From: Spirochaetia bacterium
GTDB taxonomy: Bacteria; Spirochaetota; Spirochaetia; DSM-2461
DNA: 64,000 bases
Reading direction: 5' to 3'
Assembly (NCBI GenBank): GCA_963666985.2
Contig: CAXXIA010000001.1
Span: forward strand, 1,440,001 to 1,504,000
In this document: in pieces, positions 1 to 9,164 of the stretch
Layout of the letters: the number at the start of each line of letters is the position of its first letter
How positions within the stretch are numbered: the first letter of the stretch is position 1
Made by a program: the position numbers and the translations under genes
The notes under the pieces: generated by a model
Seen by the model: the letters and a program-made list of their open reading frames with translations, nothing else
Databases searched by the model: none
What the model was told of the DNA's origin: nothing

Positions 1-306
1 GTTCTCCCGATCCTTTATTTCCAGTCCGTAAGAGCCGGAATCGGCCAGCCAGTGATCATCCACGGCCATTTTTTCGGAAGAATGAACGAAAACGGCATTC
101 AGATTCTTATCGACAAAAATCGCGGAATTCCCGCTTTGGAGAGCAAGTTCGACATTATCCGAAGCATCGCTTCCCGCTCCGGCGGATTTAAACGGCGTAA
201 ATTTCTCGGGAAAAAGAATATACTCGGAGCGTGAGGTGCGGGGAAAAAGAAAAAAATAAACCCCGACGAGAATCAGGCCGATGAGGAAGACACCCCGTTG
301 TTTCAT
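1..306 (-). CDS. Hypothetical membrane-anchored/exported protein, partial (runs off window start)
   Basis: Not in the ORF track. Manual translation from ATG at 306 gives MKQRGVFLIGLILVGVYFFLFPRTSRSEY..., open to base 1, with an N-terminal hydrophobic helix and GAGGAGG upstream. Confidence 0.7.
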   Translation of the reverse strand, partial: MKQRGVFLIGLILVGVYFFLFPRTSRSEYILFPEKFTPFKSAGAGSDASDNVELALQSGNSAIFVDKNLNAVFVHSSEKMAVDDHWLADSGSYGLEIKDREN

Positions 307-386
307 ACTCGGCCGGAGGCCTCCTCTGGTATGGTATTTCCTCATATACGATACATGATGAAGAGGCAAATGGAAAGGAGCGGTTT

Positions 387-791
387 ATGGATACCGATGT
401 ATTAATGAAAAAAGCGCGGGAAGCCGCAAAGAACGCTTATGCGCCGTATTCGAAATTCCGCGTCGGCGCGGCGCTTGCGTTAAGCGACGGAACCGTCATT
501 ACCGGAGCCAACATTGAAAACAGATCGTTCGGTCTGTCCAACTGCGCCGAACGATCCGCCATCTTCACCGCCGTATCCCAAGGCAGGAAAGACATCGCCG
601 GCATAGCCGTCGCCGGTCCCGACGCCACCGAGCCCCTCTCGCCCTGCGGAGCCTGCCGACAGGTTATCGCGGAATTTTGTCCTCCGGAAACGCCGATTTT
701 TTTTGACGACGCCAAAGGCGGATGGGTTCAATCGTCGGTCAAGGAACTTCTGCCCATGGATGCTCTCCAGGGATTCGCGGAGAAGATTTAA
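387..791 (+). CDS. cdd: Cytidine deaminase (homotetrameric type)
   Basis: AYAPYSKFRVGAA, NIEN, CAERSA and PCGACRQ zinc motifs; 134 aa. Confidence 0.95.
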   Translation: MDTDVLMKKAREAAKNAYAPYSKFRVGAALALSDGTVITGANIENRSFGLSNCAERSAIFTAVSQGRKDIAGIAVAGPDATEPLSPCGACRQVIAEFCPPETPIFFDDAKGGWVQSSVKELLPMDALQGFAEKI

Positions 792-802
792 TCCGAAAAA
801 GA

Positions 803-1639
803 TTATTCAGCCGTCCCGTTGGTCAAGCGGCGCATTCGGGAAGCCTTTTCACTGTTTTTATGATCGGTTTCCATTTTCTCGCGCCAGATGTCGATTTTTC
901 GCTTGAGTCCCATGGCCTCGTTCTGCCTTCCGAGCAGGAGGGACAAACGCTGAAGAGCGCCCAAATAACTGATGGCCACCCTGAAATCGTCCATTCGGTT
1001 TGTCGAGATTTCATACTTGAGCCTGTAATTGTCCGCCGCGCCCTGAAGCAGCCTTCTCACGAGATTGAAATACTCGATGCGTTCTCTAAATCCTTCGACC
1101 CTGGGATCCATGGCCTGAAGGAGCGTTTTAAGATTCAGACAATTCTTGGCGACCGCCGACAGCCTGGCTTCCAGCTCCACGATGGACCATTTCCACCGGC
1201 TGTTTTCACCGAAGCTGTCGCGAACCATGGAAATGGAGAAGCCGGTCTTCCGAACAAGGGCGTATCGCTGCATTTCCGGAAAAGACGCCGTACCCGCCAG
1301 AGCCTCCTCGTAGTCGCCGAAGGGGGTGTCCACCAAGGGTGTAAAGACCTTTTCAAGCTGGATAACGGCTTTATAGCACGTTTTTCTGGCATCGTTGAGA
1401 GCGTTTTCGTTTTTCACGCCGAGCAGAGAGACCGAAAGAGAATTCATAACCAGGTAATATGAAATCGAAATAAGGTTGTCTTCCGCCAGGCTGAGCCTTT
1501 TATAGGACTCACCGGCATCGCTGCCCCTTAAAATAGCTTCGATTCGCACCTCTTTATCGGCCAGCTCTCCTATGCTTTTTTTATAGGGAGCAATATGCTC
1601 GAAGTATTTTTTTCTTGCTTCTTCGTTAACCTTCGCCAC
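803..1639 (-). CDS. Conserved hypothetical alpha-helical protein
   Basis: 278-aa ORF directly abutting the recN stop (GTG start); protein-like composition; no motif recognised. Confidence 0.75.
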   Translation of the reverse strand: MAKVNEEARKKYFEHIAPYKKSIGELADKEVRIEAILRGSDAGESYKRLSLAEDNLISISYYLVMNSLSVSLLGVKNENALNDARKTCYKAVIQLEKVFTPLVDTPFGDYEEALAGTASFPEMQRYALVRKTGFSISMVRDSFGENSRWKWSIVELEARLSAVAKNCLNLKTLLQAMDPRVEGFRERIEYFNLVRRLLQGAADNYRLKYEISTNRMDDFRVAISYLGALQRLSLLLGRQNEAMGLKRKIDIWREKMETDHKNSEKASRMRRLTNGTAE

Positions 1640-3346
1640 TCACCTAGCCCGTCGCACGGCATTGCCGCGTTCTTCCAACAGCCTCGCCGCATGATCGAGG
1701 GAAGCCGCGTCCTCTTTATCTCCGGCAAGCATCCGGGCCACTTCGCGGATTCGATCGGCACCCTCGACCTTCCGGACTTCCGTTACCGTCCGTCCGTTGT
1801 CCTCATTTTTGTCGACTTGTAGGTGATTATCGGCGAAGACGGCGATGGACGCAAGATGGGTTATGCAAAAGACTTGCTTGCGGGAGGAAAGAATATGAAG
1901 ATGTTCCCCCACCGAACGGGCCACTTCCCCGCCGATTCCCGTATCCACCTCATCGAAAATCATGGTTCCCACCGGATCGGATTCACTGAGAACACTCTTC
2001 ACGGCCAGCATAACACGGGAAAGTTCACCGCCTGAGGCCACCGACTTCAGCGGCTTGGGCGCCTCGCCCCGGTTGGCGGATAAAAGAAATTCAACGTCAT
2101 CCGAACCGTAAGGGCCGATAACGTTCTTCCCCGATTCGTTCTTTTTCCCCTCAAGTTCCACCGAAAATCGCGCATCGGCCATTCCGAGAGACCTCAGATG
2201 CGTTTCCGTTTTCTCACGAAGTTTTGAAGCTGCGTTCTTGCGAACGCTGCTGATCTGCGAAGCTTCATCGATTATTCGTTTCTGAAGATCGTTCCGCTTT
2301 GTCTGAAGCCGACGCCTCTCGTCATCCCGATCTTCATAACTCTCAAGCCGTCCGCGGGAATCGTCCGCGTAAGAGAGAAGATCGGAAATCTCCGCCGCTC
2401 CGTATTTTTTCTCCAGAAAAGCGATTCTGGCCAATCTCTCGTCAACGGCTTCAAGCTCCGCCGGATCGAAATCCGCCTCATCCCGCTTATGGCGCAGCTG
2501 ATCGACGATATCCTCAAGTTCAAAGAAAGCCGATTCAAAACGTTCGAAAAGAGGAGCCGCGTCTCCGTCGACGGCGGCGATACGGCCGATGCGTTCCTTG
2601 GCCGTCCGCAGCAGAGATAAAGCGCCGTCGCGGGATTCGGCCGTCGCATCCAGGGCTCTCTCAAGATCGGAAGCGATTTCTTCATGGCGCGCGAGGATTC
2701 TCTGCCTGCCTGTAAGCTCCTCTTCTTCATCTTCCTTCAGATCCGCGGCATCGATTTCATCCACGGCGAACCTCAGAAACTCGGCTTCCCGAGCCATCTG
2801 GCCTTCGGCCCGATCGAGTTCGTCAAGAGCGTCCTTTGTTTCGGACATTTCGGAGAACATCGCTGTAAAAGCCGCGACCCGCTCCTCCAAACCGGCGTAA
2901 CGATCCAAAAGCTTCCGATGCGTCGAAACCCGAAAAAGAGACTGATGCTCATGCTGTCCATGGATATCCACAAGGATATCCGAAAGCTCCGATAAGGCGG
3001 CCCGCGTAACCGGGACGGCCTGAATCCCGGTGGTTCCGCGTCCGTTGGTTTTGAGGGTTCGATGGATAAGGAACGTCCCGTCTTCGGGTTCGATACCGTA
3101 TTTTTCAATCCACTCGTCCACTTCGGGGCCCGGTTCAACCCGCAATAAAGCGGTTACTTCCGCTTCATCGGCACCCGATCGGATGTTCTCGGCGTTTCCC
3201 TTCCCGCCGAGGGCCAGCGAAAGGGCGTCTATGAGGATTGATTTACCGGCGCCCGTTTCTCCGGAAAGGACATTGAAGCCGTCTTCAAAATCCAGGGTAA
3301 CATTCCGGATAAGCGCGTAATTTTTAATGGTAAGCCTTTCAAGCAT
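1640..3346 (-). CDS. recN: DNA repair protein RecN
   Basis: GETGAGKS Walker A, DIHGQHEHQ, long coiled coil, SGGELSR signature, IFDEVDTGIGG, CITHL. Confidence 0.97.
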   Translation of the reverse strand: MLERLTIKNYALIRNVTLDFEDGFNVLSGETGAGKSILIDALSLALGGKGNAENIRSGADEAEVTALLRVEPGPEVDEWIEKYGIEPEDGTFLIHRTLKTNGRGTTGIQAVPVTRAALSELSDILVDIHGQHEHQSLFRVSTHRKLLDRYAGLEERVAAFTAMFSEMSETKDALDELDRAEGQMAREAEFLRFAVDEIDAADLKEDEEEELTGRQRILARHEEIASDLERALDATAESRDGALSLLRTAKERIGRIAAVDGDAAPLFERFESAFFELEDIVDQLRHKRDEADFDPAELEAVDERLARIAFLEKKYGAAEISDLLSYADDSRGRLESYEDRDDERRRLQTKRNDLQKRIIDEASQISSVRKNAASKLREKTETHLRSLGMADARFSVELEGKKNESGKNVIGPYGSDDVEFLLSANRGEAPKPLKSVASGGELSRVMLAVKSVLSESDPVGTMIFDEVDTGIGGEVARSVGEHLHILSSRKQVFCITHLASIAVFADNHLQVDKNEDNGRTVTEVRKVEGADRIREVARMLAGDKEDAASLDHAARLLEERGNAVRRAR

Positions 3347-4184
3347 GGGGTCCCCCGGACCAGCCGAGTTTGGAACGAACCACTTCGTAGAAAACCCTTT
3401 TGTCCGATTTTATCACTTTCGCGCCGGAAGGACGTCCCTTAATCACCACCAAATCCCTTTCGGCAAGAGGAAACGATTCTTGTCCGTCCACGGTTAAAAG
3501 CACGTCGGCCCGCTGATTTTCTTCAACGCGGATAATCGTTACATCGGTTTCCGGGAGAACGATGGGCCTCCATGAAAGGGAAAACGGACATATGGGAGTA
3601 AGAACCAAAGCCTTCATCGGGGGAACGAGAATGGGACCGCCCGCGGCCATGGAATACGCCGTGGAACCGGTGGCCGTGGAGAGGATCAATCCGTCGCCGC
3701 GAAAACGACCGGCTTCCACGCCTCCGATATTCAGCGAAAGCCTGATGATCTTACTAATCCCGCCGGCGCTGACGACCGCCTCATTTATCGCCTGATACAA
3801 AGCGACTTCCTCGCGTCCGCGGATAATGGAGATATCCAGAATCGTCCGCTCTTCCACTTGAAGACGGCCGTCGAACCATGCCTCCAAGGCCTCCGGCCAT
3901 TCTTCCTGGGTTACCTCCGTGATAAAACCGAAGGTTCCCAGATGCACAGGAAGAATGGGTACGGGTCTTGAGGCCAGAAGCCTGGCGCAGGAAAGAAACG
4001 TTCCGTCTCCTCCGAGCGACACGGCGAAATCCACCTGCGGGATTTCGCCGCCGGCACGGCATCGATGAGAATCGCAGGAATCGACCCGAAAATCCTTTTT
4101 TTCGAACCATGCGCACATATCTTGGAAAACAGTCGCCGCCGACTCTTTCGCCGGATTATAGACAATAAGCGTTTTCCCTTTCAT
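3339..4184 (-). CDS. nadK: NAD(+) kinase
   Basis: SLGGDGTFL, NE motif, DGLILSTATGSTAYSMAAGGP. Confidence 0.95.
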   Translation of the reverse strand: MKGKTLIVYNPAKESAATVFQDMCAWFEKKDFRVDSCDSHRCRAGGEIPQVDFAVSLGGDGTFLSCARLLASRPVPILPVHLGTFGFITEVTQEEWPEALEAWFDGRLQVEERTILDISIIRGREEVALYQAINEAVVSAGGISKIIRLSLNIGGVEAGRFRGDGLILSTATGSTAYSMAAGGPILVPPMKALVLTPICPFSLSWRPIVLPETDVTIIRVEENQRADVLLTVDGQESFPLAERDLVVIKGRPSGAKVIKSDKRVFYEVVRSKLGWSGGPHA

Positions 4185-4234
4185 CGCAGCTTCCTTTTAC
4201 CCGATTCCGGCAGTCCCCGCCGTATGATCTCTTA

Positions 4235-5257
4235 CTAGGGCAGCGTTGAGAGTACTTTAGAAACAAGCTGGACGTTCTTCTTTCCAAGCGTGGGATAAAG
4301 GGGAAAAAGCAATGTGCTCATCAGCAGCTTTTTCGCGCAGGGGCAGCCGATATCCGCTTCGGTGTCCATTCGTCCGGCAAAGGCCGGGAGTGTTTCCACT
4401 CCCTTCTTCCTGGCATATTTTCTCACATCGTTCATTCCCGAAGTAAGAACAACAGGAAACGAATATGACACGGATCGGGAGTCCTCGCCTTCGGCTTCGG
4501 AAAACGTTCGGTGCCGGCCCTTTAAAACGGATTGGCGAAAAAAATCGGCGATCAGATCCCTCGATTCCAAAGCCTGCGGATATTCCCGCCACTGCACAAG
4601 TCCCAGAGAAGCATTCAAATCCGGCATAAAAGCATCGGCGCCAACCGTATCCAGGGCTTCTTTAAGACGGGATAAAGCCTCTTTATCCGAAGCGAGCACC
4701 AAAGAACCGCCGCCCGCGGTCGCTATTCCTTCCGGCTCCATGGGCAGAAGAACATATTTCCCGAAAGAACCGATTTCAGCCCCTTCAAATCGCGCACCCA
4801 GCGCCTCTCCCGCGTCAATAATCAGCGGCAGACCTAATTCGGCCAGTTCGCCAAAGGCCGGAACTCTTCCCAAAGGTGCATGAACAAACACGGCCTTGGT
4901 GTGTTCATCCACTCTTTCGGCGACGGATTCGGGGTTCAGGCAGGCATCCTCCTCCCGAACATCCGCATAGACCGGTTCGATGCCCATAACCCTGAATACG
5001 AGATGATACGCGGCCGGGGCCAGAGGAGAAAGAACGGCTTTATCGCCCCGTTCCAGTCCCATCGCCCGAATAATCATCTCGATGGAGCGGGCGTATTCCC
5101 TCATCGCGACGCCGCCTTCCAGATTGAAATCCGCGGCGGCGACGGCCACAAGATCTTCGGAGATGGCCGCCGGACCGATGATATCGGTTACCAAACATGA
5201 GAGGACCGAATGCATATCACGCCGACGGATCGAAGGCTTGAAGACTGGTATGGACAT
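4235..5257 (-). CDS. DegT/DnrJ/EryC1/StrS aminotransferase-fold protein (catalytic Lys apparently absent)
   Basis: IIDAGEALGA, PDLNASLGLVQ and LLFPLYP match the DegT fold; the SFxxxK..GEGG segment reads PMEPEGIATAGGG. Confidence 0.8.
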   Translation of the reverse strand: MSIPVFKPSIRRRDMHSVLSCLVTDIIGPAAISEDLVAVAAADFNLEGGVAMREYARSIEMIIRAMGLERGDKAVLSPLAPAAYHLVFRVMGIEPVYADVREEDACLNPESVAERVDEHTKAVFVHAPLGRVPAFGELAELGLPLIIDAGEALGARFEGAEIGSFGKYVLLPMEPEGIATAGGGSLVLASDKEALSRLKEALDTVGADAFMPDLNASLGLVQWREYPQALESRDLIADFFRQSVLKGRHRTFSEAEGEDSRSVSYSFPVVLTSGMNDVRKYARKKGVETLPAFAGRMDTEADIGCPCAKKLLMSTLLFPLYPTLGKKNVQLVSKVLSTLP

Positions 5258-5265
5258 AAGCGGCT

Positions 5266-5730
5266 TTAAGCGTACTGGCTGATTTGTTTCAGTTCTTCCG
5301 GGTCAAAAAGACGGAGGGAATCCAAGATGATAAGATATCCTTCTTTCTGATGCACAACGCCTTGGATATACTCGGCGCCGATGCCCGAAATCATCTGCGG
5401 AGGAGGCTGTATTTCATCCGTTTCTATCGTTACCACGCGAAGAATTTTATCGATGATAATCCCCAGCTGCATCTCACCGATGGAAAGAATAAGAAGCGAA
5501 TCTTCCTCGGTTAATTCCGGTCGCTGAAGATGAAATCTCTTATGGAGGCTGATGATGGGAATGATATCGCCTCTCAAATTAAAAATACCTTCTACGTAGG
5601 GCGGCGCGTTGGGAATGCTTCGGATTTCCTCGAAATCCACGATTTCCTTGACTTCCATTATATCAATGCCGTATTTCTCGGCGCCCAGCTGAAAAGTGAC
5701 AAGCTGAAAAGAAGTGTCCGATCCGGCCAT
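5266..5730 (-). CDS. cheW: Chemotaxis coupling protein CheW
   Basis: QLVTFQLGAEKYGIDIMEVKEI and IPNAPPYVEGIFNLRGDIIPII. Confidence 0.95.
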   Translation of the reverse strand: MAGSDTSFQLVTFQLGAEKYGIDIMEVKEIVDFEEIRSIPNAPPYVEGIFNLRGDIIPIISLHKRFHLQRPELTEEDSLLILSIGEMQLGIIIDKILRVVTIETDEIQPPPQMISGIGAEYIQGVVHQKEGYLIILDSLRLFDPEELKQISQYA

Positions 5731-5765
5731 AATTCCTCCAACACGATGCCGGGGCGCAATAACAT

Positions 5766-6020
5766 CTACCCCTGATTCATTTTAAACGTAACGGTGCCGG
5801 AAAGCAACTCACCGAAGTGAATCCAATCCCGCGCCGCGCTTTTCCCGAACGGTACGCAATTGATTTCCAAAATCGAAAGAAGAATCAAGAGGTTCACCGC
5901 GATTTGCCTCCGATCGGAGGTTCTGAAAATCCGGATTACCGCCTGTTCGATCATCCCGGAGATTCCGAACAACAAATCATCGGCCGGTCTGAAAAAATCG
6001 ATTTTTTTAGACTTGTCCAC
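5766..6020 (-). CDS. Small hypothetical protein (uncertain)
   Basis: 84-aa ORF filling the gap upstream of cheW on the same strand; one hydrophobic stretch; GTG start with no clear RBS. Confidence 0.35.
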   Translation of the reverse strand: MDKSKKIDFFRPADDLLFGISGMIEQAVIRIFRTSDRRQIAVNLLILLSILEINCVPFGKSAARDWIHFGELLSGTVTFKMNQG

Positions 6021-6061
6021 CGGGCTCGGAGTGATGATTATGGGGATGATGAGGAACGGTC

Positions 6062-7465
6062 ATGAGTACAGAGAACAAAATCATCGTAGGCAGTGAAGAA
6101 TGGTGCAAGCTGCCTCAGCTCGGAATCCCGGCATTGAAGTGCCGCATCGATTCGGGAGCCCGTACGTCGAGTCTCCATGCTTTCAATATTCAGCCGTTCC
6201 ATAGAGACGGGAATCCCTGGATTGCCTTTGAGGTTCATCCGATTCAAGCCGATCGCCGGACATCGGTGCATTGCGAATCGGAAGTGTCCGATCGCCGGAC
6301 GGTAAAGAGTTCCAACGGACTCTCGGAGCGCCGCTACGTTATTCGATCGGCAATCTCCTTGGGCGGCACCGAATGGGACATCGAGATCACTCTGACCAAC
6401 CGAATCAGCATGGGCTACAGAATGCTGATCGGCAGAGAGGCCATGAAAGGGCGGATGCTGGTGGATCCCGAGGCCTGCTGCCAGCTGGGAGAACCGAATA
6501 AAGAAGAACTTATGCGTCTTTATCGGTCCCTGGAATCAAAAAACGAGGGACTCAACATCGCCCTTTTGGCGACCAATCCCGATCTCTACAGCAATCGGCG
6601 CCTGATGGAAGCCGGAGAAGAGAGAGGACATCGGATGAGATTCCTCTCCATCAATCAGTGCTACATCCGGCTGGACGCTCATACGCCGGAAATTCATTAT
6701 CGGGGAGGAAGACTGCTGAACGACCTTCATGCCGTGATTCCCCGAATCCGCCCCAGCGCAACGTTCTACGGCTGCGCCTTAACAAGACAATTCGAGAGCC
6801 TGGGAGTGTACACGCTCAACAGATCCTCGGCCATCAGCCAATCCCGGGATAAACTTTTTTCTCTTCAGCTCCTCTTGCAGGGAGGTCTGAACATTCCCGT
6901 TACCGGTTTCGCCAATTCCCCCCACGATACCGAAGATCTTATCGAGATGGTCGGCGGAGCGCCCCTGATCGTAAAGCTTTTGGAAGGCACTCAAGGCAGG
7001 GGCGTTGTACTGGCGGAAACAAGAAAGGCTTCCGACAGCGTTATCAACGCCTTTAAAAGTCTTCGGGCCAATCTTTTGGTACAAGAATTCATCAAGGAGG
7101 CCAAAGGAAGGGATCTGCGGCTGCTGGTTATCGACGGAAAAGTGGTGGCCGCGATGCAAAGGGAGGCGGCACCCGGTGAATTCAGAGCCAATATCCATCG
7201 CGGAGGATCGGCCGCGGCCGTAAAACCCACCAAGGAAGAACGCCGAATGGCGATAAAGGCCGCGCGGGTTCTGGGGTTAAAGGTCGCGGGAGTGGACATT
7301 ATTCGCTCGGAGAGGGGGCCGCTCCTGTTGGAAGTAAACTCCTCTCCGGGGCTGGAAGGCATCGAAACGGCGACGGGAAAGGATATCGCCGACCTTATGA
7401 TCGAGGCGATTGAACGAAAATTGGCATGGAAGCTTCCCGCGTCGGACGAAATCGATCTCTCCTGA
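6062..7465 (+). CDS. rimK: Fusion of a RimB-like retropepsin-type peptidase domain and RimK ATP-grasp alpha-L-glutamate ligase
   Basis: N-terminal ~150 aa: VGSEEW..L..LGI...[13 protein letters not shown]...[13 protein letters not shown]-terminal: [47 protein letters not shown]. Confidence 0.92.
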   Translation: MSTENKIIVGSEEWCKLPQLGIPALKCRIDSGARTSSLHAFNIQPFHRDGNPWIAFEVHPIQADRRTSVHCESEVSDRRTVKSSNGLSERRYVIRSAISLGGTEWDIEITLTNRISMGYRMLIGREAMKGRMLVDPEACCQLGEPNKEELMRLYRSLESKNEGLNIALLATNPDLYSNRRLMEAGEERGHRMRFLSINQCYIRLDAHTPEIHYRGGRLLNDLHAVIPRIRPSATFYGCALTRQFESLGVYTLNRSSAISQSRDKLFSLQLLLQGGLNIPVTGFANSPHDTEDLIEMVGGAPLIVKLLEGTQGRGVVLAETRKASDSVINAFKSLRANLLVQEFIKEAKGRDLRLLVIDGKVVAAMQREAAPGEFRANIHRGGSAAAVKPTKEERRMAIKAARVLGLKVAGVDIIRSERGPLLLEVNSSPGLEGIETATGKDIADLMIEAIERKLAWKLPASDEIDLS

Positions 7466-7532
7466 GGAAGGATAAAACGCCCGAGAGGAATCCGGGAGGC
7501 AATCCATCGGCTCCTGGACTATACTATGGTTC

Positions 7533-8960
7533 ATGAAACGAGAAATCGACTTCGCCAGGACCAAAATCATCGGAACACTGGGACCGGCCTCGGCCGACCC
7601 GGAGATTTTAGGCCGCATGATCGACGCGGGACTCGACGTGGTCAGACTCAATTGCTCCCATTCAAGTCCTGAAGATCTGGAAAAACTCATCGCCGTCGTC
7701 GAGAAAGCCTCCGAAATCCGCGACACGCCGATTTCCATACTCGCGGATCTCGGCGGGCCTAAAATCCGCCTTGCCGCTCTTGCGCACGAGATTCCCGTAT
7801 CCGCGGGAGAAGAAATAACCCTAACCTCCGATCCGGATTATGCCGGTGAAGATAAAATCCGTGCGGGATATCCGCAGCTCGCTTCGGATATAAAGAAAGG
7901 AAACCGCATTCTCATCGACGACGGTCTGATTCAATTGGAAGCCGTAGAAGTCACTCCTCCGGACATCCGATGCCGGGTGCTGAACGACGGCGTTCTCAAA
8001 TCACGCAAAGGCATCAACCTTCCCGGAGTGGATATCAGCATTTCCTGCCTGACCGAGAAAGATCGGACGGACATCGACTACCTGGTAACGAAGCCCATCG
8101 ATTACATCGCCCTTTCCTTTGTGCGTTCGGCAAACGACATTCGCGAACTGAAAAATCTTTTGGAATCCAAAGGACGGCGTATTCCCATCGTCGCGAAAAT
8201 CGAAAAACCCGAAGCGGTTGAAGATTTGGAAGGAATTATCGAAGAAACCGACATCGTGATGGTGGCCCGGGGTGATTTGGGCGTGGAAACACCCGCCGAA
8301 AGAGTCCCCTTGATCCAGAAGCGCATCATCGCCGAATGCAACCGGAAGAACAAACCGGTTATCACGGCCACGCAGATGCTTGAATCGATGATTCTTAATC
8401 CGCGTCCGACGCGTGCCGAGGCCTCCGATGTGGCCAACGCCGTTCTCGACGGCACCGATGCGGTTATGCTCTCCGGCGAAACTTCGGTGGGGAAATATCC
8501 CGTACAGGCGGTTGCCATGATGGACGGAATCGTCAGAGCCGCGGAAAACAATCGGGGCGAAACAGGAGCTTTGCCTCTGCGGCGCCGCAGAGGCAAAATG
8601 AGCTACGCCGAATCCATCTGTCATGCGGCCTGCGTTATGGCCGAAGAAAACAGCGCCCGGGTGATTATCTGCTTAACCCTTTCGGGAAGTACGGCTCTGC
8701 TCCTCTCAAGATTCCGATCCCGGGTTCCCATCATCGCCTATGCCGAGGATATAAAAGTCCTTCGATACCTCAATATTGTCTGGGGCGTGCAGGGCGAACT
8801 GATCGACGAGGTGGCCGATACCGACGCCACTTTGGAAAGAGCGGTGAAACTGGCCAAAAGGGACGGTTATATCAAAGACGGCGACACCGTTGTTTTTACG
8901 GCCGGGATTCCTCTGGTGGAAAGCCGGCATACGAACATGGTGAAAATCCAGAAAGTCTGA
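7533..8960 (+). CDS. pyk: Pyruvate kinase
   Basis: TKIIGTLGPAS, DLGGPKIR, AKIEKPEA, MVARGDLGVE, ATQMLESM, PTRAEASDVANA, MLSGETS. Confidence 0.98.
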   Translation: MKREIDFARTKIIGTLGPASADPEILGRMIDAGLDVVRLNCSHSSPEDLEKLIAVVEKASEIRDTPISILADLGGPKIRLAALAHEIPVSAGEEITLTSDPDYAGEDKIRAGYPQLASDIKKGNRILIDDGLIQLEAVEVTPPDIRCRVLNDGVLKSRKGINLPGVDISISCLTEKDRTDIDYLVTKPIDYIALSFVRSANDIRELKNLLESKGRRIPIVAKIEKPEAVEDLEGIIEETDIVMVARGDLGVETPAERVPLIQKRIIAECNRKNKPVITATQMLESMILNPRPTRAEASDVANAVLDGTDAVMLSGETSVGKYPVQAVAMMDGIVRAAENNRGETGALPLRRRRGKMSYAESICHAACVMAEENSARVIICLTLSGSTALLLSRFRSRVPIIAYAEDIKVLRYLNIVWGVQGELIDEVADTDATLERAVKLAKRDGYIKDGDTVVFTAGIPLVESRHTNMVKIQKV

Positions 8961-9164
8961 GGGGCGGCCCGGAAACGGACCGGTCACAGCCTCTCGCCGG
9001 CATTTTTACAACCGCATCAGGCAAGGCCGAAACTTGAAAACAGGAATCCGGCGGCTTCCGGCCGACTTGAGGCGTTCATCCGCCGGCCCTCGAAACCGAA
9101 AAGACTTTTCGCCGAAGACAGGAATCCGCTTTTCTGTTAAATTTCAGTTAGGACTCATTACGCA

